From the NCBI GenBank assembly GCA_034670305.1, contig JAXMNT010000084.1:1-19022 (forward strand): a stretch of DNA of 19,022 nucleotides. The letters are read 5' to 3'. Positions 15,958-19,022 of the stretch are shown piece by piece. Within the stretch, counting starts at the first letter, position 1; every line of letters begins with the position of its first letter. The notes beneath the pieces were generated by a model. That model was not told the origin of the DNA and ran no database searches. It saw only the letters and a list, made by a program, of their open reading frames with translations. Made by a program: the position numbers and the translations under genes. Source of the stretch: Deltaproteobacteria bacterium. Its GTDB lineage: Bacteria > Myxococcota_A > Polyangia > Polyangiales > Houyiibacteriaceae.

Positions 15958-16173
15958 GCCGACGGCGAATCCGAAGCCGAAGCCGAAGCCGAAGCCGAAG
16001 CCGATCCCGAAGCCGAAGCCGAAGCCGATCCCGAAGCCGATGCCGATCCCGAAGCAGAAGCCGATGCCGATGCCGATCCCGATCCCGAAGCCGACTCCGA
16101 GGCCGAAGCCGATCCCGAAGCAGAAGCCGATGCCGATGCCGATCCCGATCCCGAAGCCGAAGCCGAAGCCGAA
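15958..16173 (+). repeat. 36 x hexamer (GCCGAA/GCCGAT/CCCGAA) degenerate tandem repeat
   Basis: 216 bp in unbroken 6-bp phase, with an internal 53-bp exact duplication. Confidence 0.95.
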
Positions 16174-16184
16174 GTGGGTTCGCG

Positions 16185-17363
16185 CTACTTCAGGCGGTCG
16201 AGGCGGCTCAGATCGCGGGTCATGTTCTTCTGGTGCGCTTCGATGGTGCCGCCGCCGATCTCGAGCAGCTTGGCGTCGCGCCACAGACGTTCGACGTGGT
16301 ACTCGCCGGTGTATCCGTAGCCGCCGAGGACTTGGATGGCGCGGTCGGCGACGTCTTTGCCCATCGTGGAGCAGAAGAGTTTCACGCCGTCGGTCTCGAG
16401 CCGCTGCCCGGGTTTCGCCAGATCCATCGCGGCGGCGACGTTGTAGGTGTAGGAGCGGCCGGCCATGTACGCGGCGTAGCTCTCGGCGATGTGGCGCTGG
16501 ATCTGTCCGAAGCGGTTGAGCGGTTCGCCGAAGCTCTTCCGGTCGCGCGCGTAGTTGTTCATCACTTCGATCGAGCGGCGGGCGATGCCGAGGCTCATCG
16601 CGGCGAGCGTGAGCCGTTCGATCTCGAGGTTGCGCATCATGTGGAGCATCGCGCTGCCTTCGGTGCCGACGAGGTTCTCGGCGGGCACGCGGCAGTCTTC
16701 GAAGACGAGCTCCGCGGTGGTCGACGCGCGCATGCCGAGTTTGTCTTCGATCTTCTGACCGAGGGAGAAGCCCGCCATGCCCTTCTCGACGATGAACATC
16801 GACAGCTCGTTGCGCGCGGCGCCTTCGAGCCGCGCGTAGACGAGGAACGTGTCGCCGAGTTCGCCCTTCGCGATGGCGCCGTTCGTGATCCACATCTTGT
16901 TGCCGTTGAGCACGTAGCTGTCGCCGTCTTTGCGGGCGACCGAGCGCATGCCGAGCACGTCGGTGCCAGCGTCGGGTTCGCTCATGCACATGCCGCAGAC
17001 CGCGTCGCCGCTGCACGCCGCCGGCAGGTACTTCGCGCGCTGTGCGTCGTTGCCGTTCTGGTACAGGTTGTTCGCGAAGAGCATCGAATGCGCGAGGTAG
17101 CTCAGCGTGAACCCGGGGTCCGACGCCGCGAGCTCTTCGTGCACGATGACCGCGGCAACCGCGTCCATGCCCGCGCCGCCGAACTCGTCGCCGACCGTCA
17201 CGCCGAGCAGGTCGAGCCCGCCGACCTTTCGGAACAGATCCAAGTTGAAGGTCTCGGTCCGATCGTGTTCGAGCGCCTGCGGTTCGACTTCCGTCTCGAC
17301 GAAGCGGCGGACCATGTCTCGGAGTTGGGCGTGTTCGTCGGTCGGGTTGAAGAGGTCGGTCAT
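16185..17363 (-). CDS. ivd: Acyl-CoA dehydrogenase, isovaleryl-CoA dehydrogenase-like
   Basis: [33 protein letters not shown] (IVD-position Glu) and EIGGGT lacking the MCAD-position Glu. Confidence 0.85.
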   Translation of the reverse strand: MTDLFNPTDEHAQLRDMVRRFVETEVEPQALEHDRTETFNLDLFRKVGGLDLLGVTVGDEFGGAGMDAVAAVIVHEELAASDPGFTLSYLAHSMLFANNLYQNGNDAQRAKYLPAACSGDAVCGMCMSEPDAGTDVLGMRSVARKDGDSYVLNGNKMWITNGAIAKGELGDTFLVYARLEGAARNELSMFIVEKGMAGFSLGQKIEDKLGMRASTTAELVFEDCRVPAENLVGTEGSAMLHMMRNLEIERLTLAAMSLGIARRSIEVMNNYARDRKSFGEPLNRFGQIQRHIAESYAAYMAGRSYTYNVAAAMDLAKPGQRLETDGVKLFCSTMGKDVADRAIQVLGGYGYTGEYHVERLWRDAKLLEIGGGTIEAHQKNMTRDLSRLDRLK

Positions 17364-17489
17364 GGTCAAAGCACCTGGCGGCTGGTCGGGTGGGCGCGCA
17401 CGGGCGCGCGAACGTTCGAGGGCGGCCTTACCACGGCTCCCGCGCGGACCAAACCCAAGAGCAACACGTGCCGCCGCGAGTCGCTTCGG

Positions 17490-18335
17490 TCAGTCCTCGC
17501 TCTTGAACTCGGCCTGCATCCACGCGGGTACGACCGCGGTGGGAAAACGGCGCATCGGGTCGGCCAGTTCGCCGTTCTCCCGCCACTCGAAGTGCAGGTG
17601 CGGTCCCCGAGAGATCCCGGTGTTGCCCGCCAGCGCCACGACTTGGCCGGCTTGTACTCGCTGACCAGGAAACACATGCACCGCCGACAGATGCGCGTAG
17701 CTGCTGACCTCGCCGCCGCCGTGCACCAGCACCAGCAGGTTGCCGTAGCCGCGCACGGTGTTGTCGGCGTACCCGACCAGCGCATCGGCGACCGCGCGCA
17801 CCGGTGTCCCGTCCTCTGCGCTCACGTCCACGCCGCGGTGGGTGATGCGGCGGCCGCGCCAGGTCAGCCCGCGGCCGAAGCGCCCGTCGTCGACCGGCCA
17901 GACCAGCGGATACGCAGGCGGTTCGATCCCGGCGTTGCGCAGGTGCGCGACCCACTCGTCGCGGGGACGCGTGCGGATCATCTCCGCGGCGGCCCGGTGG
18001 CTCCCGAGCTCGAGTGACTCGGCCAGTTGTTTCGCGTGCCCGTAGGGCTCCGGCACCCGGCGCGGTCCGTTGCAGAACCGGCGCCGACCGTGGCGTCCGC
18101 ACCGCGACGCGTCCTCGAGCCAACCCTTCACTTCGAACGGTGCGTCCAGATCCCGGTCGTCCTCGGATCGATCGCCGGCCGCAGCCGCAACGCCCACCGG
18201 GTGAGTCACAGGCGTCGGCTCGTCCACGTCGACCCGCATCGGCGGCGGTCGCATGGCACTGCGGGCGGAGAGCAGCTCGGGCGGTGCGTCCACCCCCAAG
18301 CCGCACGCACCCAACAGGATCAGCCACCACCGCAT
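17490..18335 (-). CDS. M23 family metallopeptidase, probable lipoprotein
   Basis: HRGVD (HxxxD), GYGNL, YAHLS, GNTG.S.GPHLHFE (HxH); N-terminus MRWWLILLGA-C. ATG at 18335. Confidence 0.9.
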   Translation of the reverse strand: MRWWLILLGACGLGVDAPPELLSARSAMRPPPMRVDVDEPTPVTHPVGVAAAAGDRSEDDRDLDAPFEVKGWLEDASRCGRHGRRRFCNGPRRVPEPYGHAKQLAESLELGSHRAAAEMIRTRPRDEWVAHLRNAGIEPPAYPLVWPVDDGRFGRGLTWRGRRITHRGVDVSAEDGTPVRAVADALVGYADNTVRGYGNLLVLVHGGGEVSSYAHLSAVHVFPGQRVQAGQVVALAGNTGISRGPHLHFEWRENGELADPMRRFPTAVVPAWMQAEFKSED

Positions 18336-18390
18336 CGGCCCGGAGTCTAGCAGGTTGCTGCAAGACTCCCCGGCGCGCGCCCGCGTCGAC

Positions 18391-18579
18391 CTATCCCGCG
18401 AAGAAGGCCCCGGGCTCTTCGGACCGCATCGGTTTGCGCGCGACCACAAAGGACGTGCGATCCGCGGCGCCCACGTCCGGCTCTTGGAGCTCGACGAATC
18501 CCGCCGCGTGGATCTCATCGCGCAAGGTCTGCTTGGAGACGACCGCCACGTGGGGTGCCTTGCCGAGCCAGCGCATCAC
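18391..18579 (-). pseudogene. C-terminal fragment resembling a class I SAM-dependent methyltransferase
   Basis: VMRWLGKAPHV....L..EI.AAGF..........FVVARKP; no N-terminal SAM motif. Confidence 0.6.
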
Positions 18580-18580
18580 G

Positions 18581-18889
18581 GTAGCTCCCACCCGCGATGA
18601 GCATCTCCTGGATCTTGCGGTCGTCTCCGGAGATCCAGCGCGCGTTCGTGGCGCCCCGGTCCGGGTCGAGCCGCGCGTCGTGGGCGCGGGCGACGTAGTT
18701 GCAGACCGTCACCGGCGCGAGCTTCGTCCCGATCAAGAACGGAGGTGGTTCGACCGAACTTCCGAGAATGCGGATCGCCAGGTCGGCTTCGCGTTTGGCC
18801 AAGTCGAACGAGCGACTGTCCGTGGTGAAGCAGAGCTCGATGCCTGGATGGGTGGCGCAGAGTTCGGTCAGGCCCGGCAGCAGTCGACT
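18581..18889 (-). pseudogene. Internal fragment of a LysR substrate-binding domain
   Basis: LLPGLTELCATHPGIEL.F......DLAKREADLAIR; no HTH and truncated at both ends. Confidence 0.8.
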
Positions 18890-18900
18890 GGAGATTCGAA

Positions 18901-19022
18901 TCGCAGGCCACCGTGGGCGCCGATCGCGCGTACGACACGCGCGACTTCGTCGCACGTTGCCGGGCGGCGGGCGCCACGCCGCACGTCGCGCAGAACGAGC
19001 ACGCGAGACGACGCTCGGCGAT
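18901..19022 (+). pseudogene. 5'-truncated IS5-family DDE transposase (absent from the ORF track)
   Basis: Frame from 18901 reads SQATVGADRAYDTRDFVARCRAAGATPHVAQNEHARRRSA, matching the T.GADK.YD..DFV......TPHVAQN...RRSAID pattern; in-frame TGA upstream at 18826-18828. Confidence 0.85.

Larger units (their letters stand above)
18347..19022 (+). mobile_element. Degenerate IS5-like element (left end plus truncated transposase) containing foreign gene fragments; runs off the window
   Basis: CTAG-CAGGTTGCTGCAAGA at 18347, an exact 14-bp inverted match to 111-124; transposase peptide from 18901. Confidence 0.6.

Noticed and set aside
2781-16173. CRISPR array interpretation of the repeat tracts
   Set aside because: Contiguous 6- or 12-bp units with no unique spacers and no cas genes.
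111-18360. The whole 18-kb interval as one transposon bounded by the 14-bp inverted match
   Set aside because: The CTAGs are on the inner side of both ends, so the elements extend away from the interval; the content is ordinary chromosomal genes.
18515-18955. Intact 146-aa LysR regulator
   Set aside because: No HTH; its N-terminus is antisense transposase sequence and its C-terminus is off-frame methyltransferase sequence.

Overview
High-GC bacterial DNA, most likely Myxococcota (MYXO-CTERM tail, myxobacterial Cys-rich repeat lipoproteins, standalone FHA protein). About 18 intact genes: FHA protein, GNAT, DCC thiol-disulfide protein, SRPBCC, MBL hydrolase, DUF2723/TMEM260-like glycosyltransferase, GGT, two coupled Cys-rich lipoproteins (the second with two cytochrome-c-like domains carrying atypical CX5CH and CX4CH motifs), CoA-type Nudix, EVE, DUF2505-like protein, MYXO-CTERM protein, TetR plus a phytoene-desaturase/RetSat-like oxidoreductase, a putative beta-barrel protein, isovaleryl-CoA dehydrogenase and an M23 peptidase. 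Three unusual layers. (1) Every intergenic gap over about 150 bp is filled with phased, degenerate 6- or 12-bp tandem repeats, some with higher-order duplications and a shared 26-bp core; these explain many shadow ORFs. (2) The right end is an IS5-like element (CTAG plus terminal repeat at 18347) whose transposase 5' part is replaced by LysR and methyltransferase fragments, and a matching end sits in a small hairpin at 79-124. (3) A sigma70 promoter with an overlapping palindromic operator points to a leaderless, autoregulated TetR. All family calls come from motif recognition by eye; no database searches were run.
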